DNA of 64,000 nucleotides from Eledone cirrhosa (taxonomy: Eukaryota). A model generated the notes under the pieces. It saw only the letters and a list, made by a program, of their open reading frames with translations, did no database searches and was not told where the DNA came from. The stretch is taken from positions 107,384,001-107,448,000 of the forward strand of contig OZ024743.1 of the NCBI GenBank assembly GCA_964016885.1, read 5' to 3'. Of this stretch, positions 1 through 15,200 are shown piece by piece. The translations under genes were made by a program, and so were the position numbers. The number at the start of each line of letters is the position of its first letter. Position 1 is the first letter of the stretch.

Positions 1-3000
1 TCAACAACAGTAACAACACCAACTCCCAGCACAACCATCATCAACAACAGTAACAACACCAACCCCAGCACAACCAGCATCAACAACAGTAAAAACACCA
101 ACCCCCAGCACTACCAGCATCAACAACAGTAAAAACACCAACCCCCAGCACAACCAGAATCAACAACAGTAAAAACACCAACCCCCAGTACTACCAGCAT
201 CAACAATAGTAACAACACCAACCCCCAGCACAACCAGCATCAACAACAGTAACAACACCAACCCCCAGCACAACCAGCATCAACAACAGTAAAAACACCA
301 ACCCCAAGCACTACCAGCATCAACAACAGTAAAAACACCAACCCCCAGCACAACCAGAATCAACAACAGTAAAAACACCAACCCCCAGTACTACCAGCAT
401 CAACAATAGTAACAACACCAACCCCCAGCACAACCAGCATCAACAACAGTAACAACACCAACCCCCAGCACAACCAGAATCAACAAAAGTAAAAACACCA
501 ACCCCCAGCACTACCAGCATCAACAATAGTAACAACACCAAATCCCAGCACAACCAGAATCAACAACAGTAAAAACACCAACCCCCAGCACTACCAGCAT
601 CAACAATAGTAACAACACCAAATCCCAGCACAACCAGAATCAACAACAGGAACATCACCAACCCCCAGCACTACCAGCATCAACAATAGTAACAACACCA
701 ACCCCCAGCACTACCAGCATCAACAACAGTAAAAACACCAACCCCCAGCACTACCAGCATCAACAACAGTAACAACACCAACACCCAACACAACAAGCAT
801 CAACAACAGTAAAAACACCAACCCCCAGCACAACCAGAATCAACAACAGTAAAAACACCAACCCACAGCACAACTAGCATGAACAACAGTAAAAACACCA
901 ACCCCCAGTACTACCAGCATCAACAACAGTAACAACACCAACCCCCAGCACTACCAGCATCAACAACAGTAAAAACACCAACCCCCAGTACTACCAGCAT
1001 CAACAACAGTAACAACACCAACCCCCAGCACAACCAGCATCAACAATAGTAACAACACCAAATCCCAGCACAACCAGAATCAACAACAGTAAAAACACCA
1101 ACCCCCAGCACAACCAGCATCAACAACAGTAAAAACACCAACCCCCAGCACTACCAGCATCAACAACAGTAACAACACCAACCCCCAGCATAACCAGAAT
1201 CAACAACAGTAACAACACTTAACTCCAGCACAACCAGCATCAACAACAGTAACAACACCAACCCCCTGCACAACCAGTATCAACAACAGTAACATCACCA
1301 AGCACCAGTACTACCAGCATCAACAACAGTAACACCACCAACCCCCAGCACAACCAGCATCAACAACAGTAACAACACCAACCCCCAGCACAACCAGAAT
1401 CAACAACAGTAACAACACCAAACTCCAGCACAACCAGCATCAACAACAGAAACAACACGAACCCCCTGCACAACCAGTATCAACAACAGTAACATCACCA
1501 AGCACCAGTACTACCAGCATCAACAACAGTAAAAACACCAACCCCCAGCACAACCAGCATCAACAACAGTAACATCACCAACCCCCAGCACGACCAGCAT
1601 CAACAACAGTAAAAACACCAACCCCCAGCACAACCAGCATCAACAACAGTAACATCACCAACCCCCAGCACAACCAGCATCAACAACAGTAACAACACCA
1701 ACCCCCAGCACAACCAGAATCAACAACAGTAAAAACACCAACCCCCAGCACAACCAGCATCAACAACAGTAAAAACACCAAACCCCAGCACTACCAGCAT
1801 CAACAACAGTAAAAACACCAACTCCCAGCACAACCAGCATCAACAACAGTAAAAACACCAACCCCCAGCACAACCAGCATCAACAACAGTAAAAACACCA
1901 ACCCCCAGCACTACCAGCATCAACAACAGTAAAAACACCAACCCCCAGCACAACCAGCATCAACAACAGTAAAAACACCAACCCCCAGCACTACCAGCAT
2001 CAACAACAGTAAAAACACCAACCCCCAGCACTACCAGCATCAACAACAGTAAAAACACCAACCCCCAGCACAACCAGCATCAACAACAGTAACAACACCA
2101 ACCCCCAGCACAACCAGAATCAACAACAGTAAAAACACCAACCCCCAGCACAACCAGCATCAACAACAGTAAAAACACCAACCCCCAGCACTACCAGAAT
2201 CAACAACAGTAAAAACACCAACCCCCAGCACAACCAGCATCAACAACAGTAACAACACCAACCCCCAGCACAACCAGAATCAACAACAGTAAAAACACCA
2301 ACCCCCAACACAACCATCATCAACAACAGTAACAACACCAACACCCAACACAACTAGCATCAACAACAGTAACATCACCAATCCCCAGCACAACCAGCAT
2401 CAACAACAGTAAAAACACCAACCCCCAGCACTACCAGCATCAACAACAGTAACAACACCAACCTCCAGCACAACCAGCATCAACAACTGTAACAACACCA
2501 ACCCCCAACACAACCAGCATCAACAACAGTAACAACACCAACCCCCAGCACAACCATCATCAACAACAGTAACATCACCAACCCCCAGCACTACCAGCAT
2601 CAACAACAGTAACAACCCCAACCCCCAGCACAACCAGCATCAACAAGAGTAAAAACACCAAACTCCAGCACGACCATCATCAACAACAGTAACAACACCA
2701 ACCCCCAGCACAACCATCATCAACAACAGTAACATCACCAACCCCCAGCACTACCAGCATCAACAACAGTAACAACCCCAACCCCCAGCACAACCAGCAT
2801 CAACAAGAGTAAAAACACCAAACTCCAGCACGACCATCATCAACAACAGTAACAACACCAACACCCAACACAACTAGCATCAACAACTGTAACAACACCA
2901 ACCCCCAACACAACCAGCATCAACAACAGTAACAACACCAACCCCCAGCACAACCAGAATCAACAACAGTAAAAACACCAACCCCCAGCACTACCAGCAT

Positions 3001-4980
3001 CAACAACAGTAAAAACACCAACCCCCAGCACAACCAGAATCAACAACAGTAAAATCACCAACCCCCAGCACTACCAGCATCAACAACAGTAAAAACACCA
3101 ACCCCCAGCACAACCAGAATCAACAACAGTAACAACACCAACCCCCAGCACAACCAGCATCAACAACAGTAACAACACCAACCCCAGCACTACCAGCATC
3201 AACAACAGTAACAACACTAACTCCCAGCACTACCAGCATCAACAACAGTAACAACACCAACTCCCAGCACAACCATCATCAACAACAGTAACAACACCAA
3301 CCCCAGCACAACCAGCATCAACAACAGTAAAAACACCAACCCCCAGCACTACCAGCATCAACAACAGTAAAAACACCAACCCCCAGCACAACCAGAATCA
3401 ACAACAGTAAAAACACCAACCCCCAGTACTACCAGCATCAACAATAGTAACAACACCAACCCCCAGCACAACCAGCATCAACAACAGTAACAACACCAAC
3501 CCCCAGCACAACCAGCATCAACAACAGTAAAAACACCAACCCCCAGCACTACCAGCATCAACAACAGTAAAAACACCAACCCCCAGCACAACCAGAATCA
3601 ACAACAGTAAAAACACCAACCCCCAGTACTACCAGCATCAACAATAGTAACAACACCAACCCCCAGCACAACCAGCATCAACAACAGTAACAACACCAAC
3701 CCCCAGCACAACCAGAATCAACAACAGTAAAAACACCAACCCCCAGCACTACCAGCATCAACAATAGTAACAACACCAAATCCCAGCACAACCAGAATCA
3801 ACAACAGTAAAAACACCAACCCCCAGCACTACCAGCATCAACAATAGTAACAACACCAAATCCCAGCACAACCAGAATCAACAACAGGAACATCACCAAC
3901 CCCCAGCACTACCAGCATCAACAATAGTAACAACACCAACCCCCAGCACTACCAGCATCAACAACAGTAAAAACACCAACCCCCAGCACTACCAGCATCA
4001 ACAACAGTAACAACACCAACACCCAACACAACAAGCATCAACAACAGTAAAAACACCAACCCCCAGCACAACCAGAATCAACAACAGTAAAAACACCAAC
4101 CCACAGCACAACTAGCATGAACAACAGTAAAAACACCAACCCCCAGTACTACCAGCATCAACAACAGTAACAACACCAACCCCCAGCACTACCAGCATCA
4201 ACAACAGTAAAAACACCAAACCCCAGTACTACCAGCATCAACAACAGTAACAACACCAACCCCCAGCACAACCAGCATCAACAATAGTAACAACACCAAA
4301 TCCCAGCACAACCAGAATCAACAACAGTAAAAACACCAACCCCCAGCACAACCAGCATCAACAACAGTAAAAACACCAACCCCCAGCACTACCAGCATCA
4401 ACAACAGTAACAACACCAACCCCCAGCATAACCAGAATCAACAACAGTAACAACACTTAACTCCAGCACAACCAGCATCAACAACAGTAACAACACCAAC
4501 CCCCTGCACAACCAGTATCAACAACAGTAACATCACCAAGCACCAGTACTACCAGCATCAACAACAGTAACACCACCAACCCCCAGCACAACCAGCATCA
4601 ACAACAGTAACAACACCAACCCCCAGCACAACCAGAATCAACAACAGTAACAACACCAAACTCCAGCACAACCAGCATCAACAACAGAAACAACACGAAC
4701 CCCCTGCACAACCAGTATCAACAACAGTAACATCACCAAGCACCAGTACTACCAGCATCAACAACAGTAACACCACCAACCCCCAGCACAACCAGCATCA
4801 ACAACAGTAACATCACCAACCCCCAGCACGACCAGCATCAACAACAGTAAAAACACCAACCCCCAGCACAACCAGCATCAACAACACTAACATCACCAAC
4901 CCCCAGCACAACCAGCATCAACAACAGTAACAACACCAACCCCCAGCACAACCAGAATCAACAACAGTAAAAACACCAAC
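1..4980. repeat. Higher-order duplication, offset 3238 bp (about 1-1740 repeated at about 3239-4980); a third, more diverged copy lies at about 7680-9340
   Basis: Rare variants recur in the same order at +3238: CAGGAAC (647/3885), CCACAGCACAACTAGCATGA (about 863/4101), CACTTAACTCC (about 1216/4454), CAGAAACAACACGAACCCCCTG (about 1447/4685). CCACAGCACAACTAG and the CACGAACCCCCTG/AAGCACCAGTAC set recur at about 8420 and 9115-9180. Confidence 0.88.
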
Positions 4981-7900
4981 CCCCAGCACAACCAGCATCA
5001 ACAACAGTAACAACACCAAACCCCAGCACAACCAGAATCAACAACAGTAAAAACACCAACCCCCAGCACAACCAGCATCAACAACAGTAAAAACACCAAC
5101 CCCCAGCACTACCAGAATCAACAACAGTAAAAACACCAACCCCCAGCACAACCAGCATCAACAACAGTAACAACACCAACCCCCAGCACAACCAGAATCA
5201 ACAACAGTAAAAACACCAACCCCCAGCACAACCAGCATCAACAACAGTAAAAACACCAACCCCCAGCACAACCAGCATCAACAACAGTAAAAACACCAAC
5301 CCCCAGCACTACCAGCATCAACAACAGTAAAAACACCAACCCCCAGCACAACCAGCATCAACAACAGTAAAAACACCAACCCCCAGCACTACCAGCATCA
5401 ACAACAGTAAAAACACCAACCCCCAGCACTACCAGCATCAACAACAGTAAAAACACCAACCCCCAGCACAACCAGCATCAACAACAGTAACAACACCAAC
5501 CCCCAGCACAACCAGAATCAACAACAGTAAAAACACCAACCCCCAGCACAACCAGCATCAACAACAGTAAAAACACCAACCCCCAGCACTACCAGAATCA
5601 ACAACAGTAAAAACACCAACCCCCAGCACAACCAGCATCAACAACAGTAACAACACCAACCCCCAGCACAACCAGAATCAACAACAGTAAAAACACCAAC
5701 CCCCAGCACAACCAGCATCAACAACAGTAAAAACACCAACCCCCAGCACTACCAGCATCAACAACAGTAACAACACCAACCCCCAGCACAACCAGAATCA
5801 ACAACAGTAACAACACCAACCCCCAGCACAACCAGAATCAACAACAGTAAAAACACCAACCCCCAGCACAACCAGCATCAACAACAGTAACAACACCAAC
5901 CCCCAGCACAACCAGAATCAACAACAGTAACAACACCAACCCCCAGCACAACCAGCATCAACAACAGTAACAAGACCAACCCCCAGCACAACCAGAATCA
6001 ACAACAGTAACAACACCAACCCCCAGCACAACCAGAATCAACAACAGTAAAAACACCAACGCCCAGCACAACCAGCATCAACAACAGTAAAAACACCAAC
6101 CCCCAGCACTACCAGCATCAACAACAGTAACAACACCAACCCCAGCACAATCAGCATCAACAACAGTAACAACACCAACCCCCAGCACAACCAGCATCAA
6201 CAACAGTAACAACACCAACCCCAGCACAATCAGCATCAACAACAGTAACAACACCAACTCCCAGCACAACCATCATCAACAACAGTAACAACACCAACCC
6301 CCAGCACTACCAGCATCAACAACAGTAAAAACACCAACCCCCAGCACGACCAGCATCAACAACAGTAACAACACCAACCCCCAGCACGACCAGCATCAAC
6401 AACAGTAAAAACACCAACCCCCAGCACAACCAGCATCAACAACAGTAACATCACCAACACCCAGCACTACCAGCATCAACAACAGTAACATCACCAACAC
6501 CCAGCACAACCAGCATCAACAACAGTAAAAACACCAACCCCCAGCACAACCAGTATCAACAACAGTAACAGCACCAACCACCAGCACAACCAGCATCAAC
6601 AACAGTAACATCACCAACACCCAGCACAACCAGCATCAACAACAGTAAAAACACCAACCACCAGCACTACCAGCATCAACAACAGTAACATCACCAACAC
6701 CCAGCACAACCAGCATCAACAACAGTAAAAACACCAACCCCCAGCACAACCAGCATCAACAACAGTAACATCACCAACACCCAGCACAACCAGCATCAAC
6801 AACAGTAAAAACACCAACCCCCAGCACAACCAGTATCAACAACAGTAACAACACCAACCCCCAGCACAACCAGCATCAACAACAGTAACATCACCAACAC
6901 CCAGCACAACCAGCATCAACAACAGTAAAAACACCAACACCCAGCACAACCAGCATCAACAACAGTAAAAACACCAACCCCCAGCACAACCAGCATCAAC
7001 AACAGTAACAACACCAACCCCCAGCACAACCAGCATCAACAACAGTAAGAACACCAACCCCCAGCACTACCAGCATCAACAACAGTAACAACACCAACAC
7101 CCAGCACAACCAGCATCAACAACAGTAAAAACACCAACCCCCAGCACAACCAGCATCAACAACAGTAAAAACACCAACCCCCAGCACTACCAGCATCAAC
7201 AACAGTAACAACACCAACACCCAGCACAACCAGCATCAACAACAGTAAAAACACCAACCCCCAGCACGACCAGCATCAACAACAGTAACAACACCAACAC
7301 CCAGCACAACCAGCATCAACAACAGTAAAAACACCAACCCCCAGCACAACCAGCATCAACAACAGTAACAACACCAACACCCAGCACAACCAGCATCAAC
7401 AACAGTAAAAACACCAACCCCCAGCACGACCAGCATCAACAACAGTAACAACACCAACACCCAGCACAACCAGCATCAACAACAGTAAAAACACCAACCC
7501 CCAGCACAACCAGCATCAACAACAGTAAAAACACCAACCCCCAGCACTACCAGCATCAACAACAGTAAAAACACCAACCCCCAGCACGACCAGCATCAAC
7601 AAGAGTAACAACACCAACCCCCAGCACGACCAGCATCAACAACAGTAACAACACCAACACCCAGCACTACCAGCATCAACAACAGTAAAAACACCAACCC
7701 CCAGCACTACCAGCATCAACAACAGTAAAAACACCAACCCCCAGCACAACCAGAATCAACAACAGTAAAAACACCAACCCCCAGTACTACCAGCATCAAC
7801 AATAGTAACAACACCAACCCCCAGCACAACCAGCATCAACAAGAGTAACAACACCAACCCCCAGCACAACCAGCATCAACAACAGTAAAAACACCAACCC

Positions 7901-9049
7901 CCAGCACTACCAGCATCAACAACAGTAAAAACACCAACCCCCAGCACAACCAGAATCAACAACAGTAAAAACACCAACCCCCAGTACTACCAGCATCAAC
8001 AATAGTAACAACACCAACCCCCAGCACAACCAGCATCAACAACAGTAACAACACCAACCCCCAGCACAACCAGAATCAACAACAGTAAAAACACCAACCC
8101 CCAGCACTACCAGCATCAACAATAGTAACAACACCAAATCCCAGCACAACCAGATTCAACAACAGTAAAAACACCAACCCCCAGCACGACCAGCATCAAC
8201 AATAGTAACAACACCAAATCCCAGCACAACCAGAATCAACAACAGTAACATCACCAACCCCCAGCACTACCAGCATCAACAATAGTAACAACACCAACCC
8301 CAAGCACTACCAGCATCAACAACAGTAAAAACACCAACACCCAACACAACAAGCATCAACAACAGTAAAAACACCAACCCCCAGCACAACCAGAATCAAC
8401 AACAGTAAAAACACCAACCCACAGCACAACTAGCATCAACAACAGTAAAAACACCAACCCCCAGTACTACCAGCATCAACAACCGTAACAACACCAACCC
8501 CCAGCACTACCAGCATCAACAACAGTAAAAACACCAACCCCCAGTACTACCAGCATCAACAACAGTAACAACACCAACCCCCAGCACAACCAGCATCAAC
8601 AACAGTAAAAACACCAACCCCCAGCACTACCAGCATCAACAACAGTAAAAACACCAACCCCCAGCACAACCAGCATCAACAACAGTAAAAACACCAACCC
8701 CCAGCACAACCAGCATCAAAAACAGTAAAAACACCAACCCCCAGCATCAACAACAGCAAAAACACCAACCCCCAGCACAACCAGCATCAACAACAGTAAA
8801 AACACCAACCCCCAGCACTACCAGCATCAACAACAGTAACAACACCAACCCCCAGCATAACCAGAATCAACAACAGTAACAACACCAAACTCCAGCACAA
8901 CCAGCATCAACAACAGTAACAACACCAACCCCCTGCACAACCAGTATCAACAACAGTAACATCACCAAGCACCAGTACTACCAGCATCAACAACAGTAAC
9001 ACCACCAACACCCAGCACAACCAGCATCAACAACAGTAACAACACCAAC

Positions 9050-10140
9050 CCCCAGCACAACCAGAATCAACAACAGTAACAACACCAAACTCCAGCACAA
9101 CCAGCATCAACAACAGAAACAACACGAACCCCCTGCACAACCAGTATCAACAACAGTAACATCACCAAGCACCAGTACTACCAGCATCAACAACAGTAAC
9201 ACCACCAACCCCCAGCACAACCAGCATCAACAACAGTAACATCACCAACCCCCAGCACGACCAGCATCAACAACAGTAAAAACACCAACCCCCAGCACAA
9301 CCAGCATCAACAACAGTAACATCACCAACCCCCAGCACAACCAGCATCAACAACAGTAAAAACACCAACCCCCAGCACTACCAGCATCAACAACAGTAAA
9401 AACACCAACTCCCAGCACAACCAGCATCAACAACAGTAAAAACACCAACCCCCAGCACAACCAGCATCAACAACAGTAAAAACACCAACCCCCAGCACTA
9501 CCAGCATCAACAACAGTAAAAACACCAACCCCCAGCACAACCAGCATCAACAACAGTAAAAACACCAACCCCCAGCACTACCAGCATCAACAACAGTAAA
9601 AACACCAACCCCCAGCACAACCAGAATCAACAACAGTAACAACACCAAACTCCAGCACAACCAGCATCAACAACAGAAACAACACGAACCCCCTGCACAA
9701 CCAGTATCAACAACAGTAACATCACCAAGCACCAGTACTACCAGCATCAACAACAGTAACACCACCAACCCCCAGCACAACCAGCATCAACAACAGTAAC
9801 ATCACCAACCCCCAGCACGACCAGCATCAACAACAGTAAAAACACCAACCCCCAGCACAACCAGCATCAACAACAGTAACATCACCAACCCCCAGCACAA
9901 CCAGCATCAACAACAGTAAAAACACCAACCCCCAGCACTACCAGCATCAACAACAGTAAAAACACCAACTCCCAGCACAACCAGCATCAACAACAGTAAA
10001 AACACCAACCCCCAGCACAACCAGCATCAACAACAGTAAAAACACCAACCCCCAGCACTACCAGCATCAACAACAGTAAAAACACCAACCCCCAGCACAA
10101 CCAGCATCAACAACAGTAAAAACACCAACCCCCAGCACTA
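9050..10140. repeat. Tandem duplication of a 14-monomer (560-bp) block
   Basis: CAACAGAAAC at 9111 and 9671, AAGCACCAGTAC at about 9167 and 9727, and CCAACTCCC at about 9405 and 9965; all offsets are 560. Confidence 0.85.
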
Positions 10141-12259
10141 CCAGCATCAACAACAGTAAAAACACAAACCCCCAGCACTACCAGCATCAACAACAGTAAA
10201 AACACCAACCCCCAGCACAACCAGCATCAACAACAGTAACAACACCAACCCCCAGCACAACCAGAATCAACAACAGTAAAAACACCAACCCCCAGCACAA
10301 CCAGCATCAACAACAGTAACAACACCAACCCCCAGCACTACCAGAATCAACAACAGTAAAAACACCAACCCCCAGCACAACCAGCATCAACAACAGTAAC
10401 AACACCAACCCCCAGCACAACCAGAATCAACAACAGTAAAAACACCAACCCCCAGCACAACCAGCATCAACAACAGTAAAAACACCAACCCCCAGCACTA
10501 CCAGCATCAACAACAGTAACAACACCAACCCCCAGCACAACCAGAATCAACAACAGTAACAACACCAACCCCCAGCACAACCAGAATCAACAACAGTAAA
10601 AACACCAACCCCCAGCACAACCAGCATCAACAACAGTAACAACACCAACCCCCAGCACAACCAGAATCAACAACAGTAACAACACCAACCCCCAGCACAA
10701 CCAGCATCAACAACAGTAACAAGACCAACCCCCAGCACAACCAGAATCAACAACAGTAACAACACCAACCCCCAGCACAACCAGAATCAACAACAGTAAA
10801 AACACCAACGCCCAGCACAACCAGCATCAACAACAGTAAAAACACCAACCCCCAGCACTACCAGCATCAACAACAGTAAAAACACCAACCCCCAGCACAA
10901 CCAGAATCAACAACAGTAACAACACCAACCCCCAGCACAACCAGAATCAACAACAGTAACAACACCAACCCCCAGCACAACCAGAATCAACAACAGTAAA
11001 AACACCAACGCCCAGCACAACCAGCATCAACAACAGTAACATCACCAACACCCAGCACAACCAGCATCAACAACAGTAAAAACACCAACCCCCAGCACAA
11101 CCAGAATCAACAACAGTAAAAACACCAACCCCCAGCACAACCAGCATCAACAACAGTAAAAACACCAACCCCCAGCACAACCAGCATCTACAAGAGTAAC
11201 ATCACCAACACCAAGCACAACCAGCATCAACAACAGTAAAAACACCAACCCCCAGCACTACCAGCATCAACAACAGTAACAACACCAACCCCCAGCACGA
11301 CCAGCATCAACAACAGTAACAACACCAACCCCCAGCACGACCAGCATCAACAACAGTAACAACACCAACCCCCAGCACTACCAGCATCAACAACAGTAAA
11401 AACACCAACCCCCAGCACGACCAGCATCAACGACAGTAACATCACCAACCCCAGCACTACCAGCATCAACAACAGTAACATCACCAACTCCCAGCACTAC
11501 CAGCATCAACAACAGTAAAAACACCAACCCCCAGCACGACCAGCATCAACAACAGTAACATCACCAACCCCAGCACAACCAGCAATAAACAACAGTAACA
11601 ACACCAACTCCCAGCACAACCAGCATCAACAACAGTAAAAACACCAACCCCCAGCACAACCAGCATCAACAACAGTAACATCACCAACACCCAGCACAAC
11701 CAGCATCAACAACAGTAACAACACCAACCCCCAGCACAACCAGCATCAACAACAGTAACAACACCAACCCCAGCACAATCAGCATCAACAACAGTAACAA
11801 CACCAACCACCAGCACAACCAGCATCAACAACAGTAACAACACCAACCCCAGCACAATCAGCATCAACAACAGTAACAACACCAACTCCCAGCACAACCA
11901 TCATCAACAACAGTAACAACACCAACCCCCAGCACTACCAGCATCAACAACAGTAAAAACACCAACCCCCAGCACGACCAGCATCAACAACAGTAACAAC
12001 ACCAACCCCCAGCACGACCAGCATCAACAACAGTAAAAACACCAACCCCCAGCACAACCAGCATCAACAACAGTAACATCACCAACACCCAGCACTACCA
12101 GCATCAACAACAGTAACAACACTAACCTCCAGCACGACCAGCATCAACAACAGTAACAACACCAACCCCCAGCACTACCAGCATCAACAACAGTAAAAAC
12201 ACCAACCCCCAGCACAACCAGCATCAACAACAGTAACATCACCAACACCCAGCACTACC

Positions 12260-15200
12260 AGCATCAACAACAGTAAAAACACCAACCCCCAGCACGACCA
12301 GCATCAACAAGAGTAACAACACCAACCCCCAGCACGACCAGCATCAACAACAGTAACAACAGCAACACCCAGCACTACCAGCATCAACAACAGTAAAAAC
12401 ACCAACCCCCAGCACAACCAGCATCAACAACAGTAACATCACCAACACCCAGCACAACCAGCATCAACAACAGTAAAAACACCAACCCCTAGCACAACCA
12501 GTATCAACAACAGTAACAACACCAACCCCCAGCACAACCAGCATCAACAACAGTAACATCACCAACACCCAGCACAACCAGCATCAACAACAGTAAAAAC
12601 ACCAACCCCCAGCACTACCAGCATCAACAACAGTAACATCACCAACACCCAGCACAACCAGCATCAACAACAGTAAAAACACCAACCCCCAGCACAACCA
12701 GCATCAACAACAGTAACATCACCAACACCCAGCACAACCAGCATCAACAACAGTAAAAACACCAACCCCCAGCACAACCAGTATCAACAACAGCAACAAC
12801 ACCAACCCCCAGCACAACCAGCATCAACAACAGTAACATCACCAACACCCAGCACAACCAGCATCAACAACAGTAAAAACACCAACACCCAGCACAACCA
12901 GCATCAACAACAGTAAAAACACCAACCCCCAGCACAACCAGCATCAACAACAGTAACAACACCAACCCCCAGCACAACCAGCATCAACAACAGTAAAAAC
13001 ACCAACCCCCAGCACTACCAGCATCAACAACAGTAACAACACCAACACCCAGCACAACAAGCATCAACAACAGTAAAAACACCAACCCCCAGCACAACCA
13101 GCATCAACAACAGTAAAAACACCAACCCCCAGCACTACCAGCATCAACAACAGTAACAACACCAACACCCAGCACAACCAGCATCAACAACAGTAAAAAC
13201 ACCAACCCCCAGCACGACCAGCATCAACAACAGTAACAACACCAACACCCAGCACAACCAGCATCAACAACAGTAAAAAAACCAACCCCCAGCACAACCA
13301 GCATCAACAACAGTAACAACACCAACACCCAGCACAACCAGCATCAACAACAGTAAAAACACCAAACCCCAGCACGACCAGCATCAACAACAGTAACAAC
13401 ACCAACACCCAGCACAACCAGCATCAACAACAGTAAAAACACCAACCCCCAGCACAACCAGCATCAACAACAGTAAAAACACCAACCCCCAGCACTACCA
13501 GCATCAACAACAGTAAAAACACCAACCCCCAGCACGACCAGCATCAACAAGAGTAACAACACCAACCCCCAGCACGACCAGCATCAACAACAGTAACAAC
13601 ACCAACACCCAGCACTACCAGCATCAACAACAGTAACAACACTAACTCCCAGCACAACCAGTATCAACAACAGTAACATCACCAACACCCAGCACAACCA
13701 GCATCAACAATAGTAACATCACCAACACCCAGCACAACCAGCATCAACAACAGTAAAAACACCAACCCCCAGCACAACCAGCATCAACAACAGTAACATC
13801 ACCAACACCCAGCACAACCAGCATCAACAACAGTAGCATCACCAACACCCAGCACAACCAGCATCAACAACAGTAAAAACACCAACCCCCAGCACAACCA
13901 GCATCAACAACAGTAACATCACCAACACCCAGCACAACCAGCATCAACAACAGTAAAAACACCAACCCCCAGCACAACCAGCATCAACAACAGTAACATC
14001 ACCAACACCCAGCACAACCAGCATCAACAACAGTAAAAACACCAACCCCCAGCACAACCAGCATCAACAACAGTAACATCACCAACACCCAGCACAACCA
14101 TCATCAACATCAGTAACAACACCAACCCCCAGCACAACCAGCATCAACAACAGTAACAACACCAACCCCCAGCACAACCATCATCAACATCAGTAACAAC
14201 ACCAACCCCCAGCACAACCAGCATCAACAACAGTAACATCACCAACACCCAGCACAACCAGCATCAACAACAGTAAAAACACCAACCCCCAGCACAACCA
14301 GCATCAACAACAGTAACAACACCAACCCCCAGCACAACCAGCATCAACAACAGTAACATCACCAACACCCAGCACAACCAGCATCAACAACAGTAAAAAC
14401 ACCAACCCCTAGCACAACCAGCATCAACAACAGTAACAACACCAACTCCCAGCACAACCAGCATCAACAACAGTAACAACACCAACTCCCAGCACAGCCA
14501 GCATCAACAACAGTAACAACACCAACTCCCAGCACAACCAGCATCAACAACAGTAACATCACCAACCCCCAGCACGACCAGCATCAACAACAGTAACATC
14601 ACCAACCCCCAGCACAAACAGCATCAACAACAGTAACAACACCAACCCCCAGCACTACCAGCATCAACAACAGTAACATCACGAACCCCCAGCACAACCA
14701 GCATCAACAACAGTAACATCACCAACCCCCAGCACGACCAGCATCAACAACAGTAACATCACCAACCCCCAGCACAACCAGCATCCACAACAGTAACATC
14801 ACCAACCTCCAGCACAACCAGCATCAACAACATTAACAACACCAACCCCCAGCACTACCAGCATCAACAACAGTAAAAACACCAACCCCCAGCACGACCA
14901 GCATCAACAAGAGTAACAACACCAACCCCCAGCACGACCAGCATCAACAACAGTAACAACACCAACACCCAGCACTACCAGCATCAACAACAGTAAAAAC
15001 ACCAACCCCCAGCACAACCAGCATCAACAACAGTAACATCACCAACACCCAGCACAACCAGCATCAACAACAGTAAAAACACCAACCCCCAGCACAACCA
15101 GTATCAACAACAGTAACAACACCAACCCCCAGCACAACCAGCATCAACAACAGTAACATCACCAACACCCAGCACAACCAGCATCAACAACAGTAAAAAC

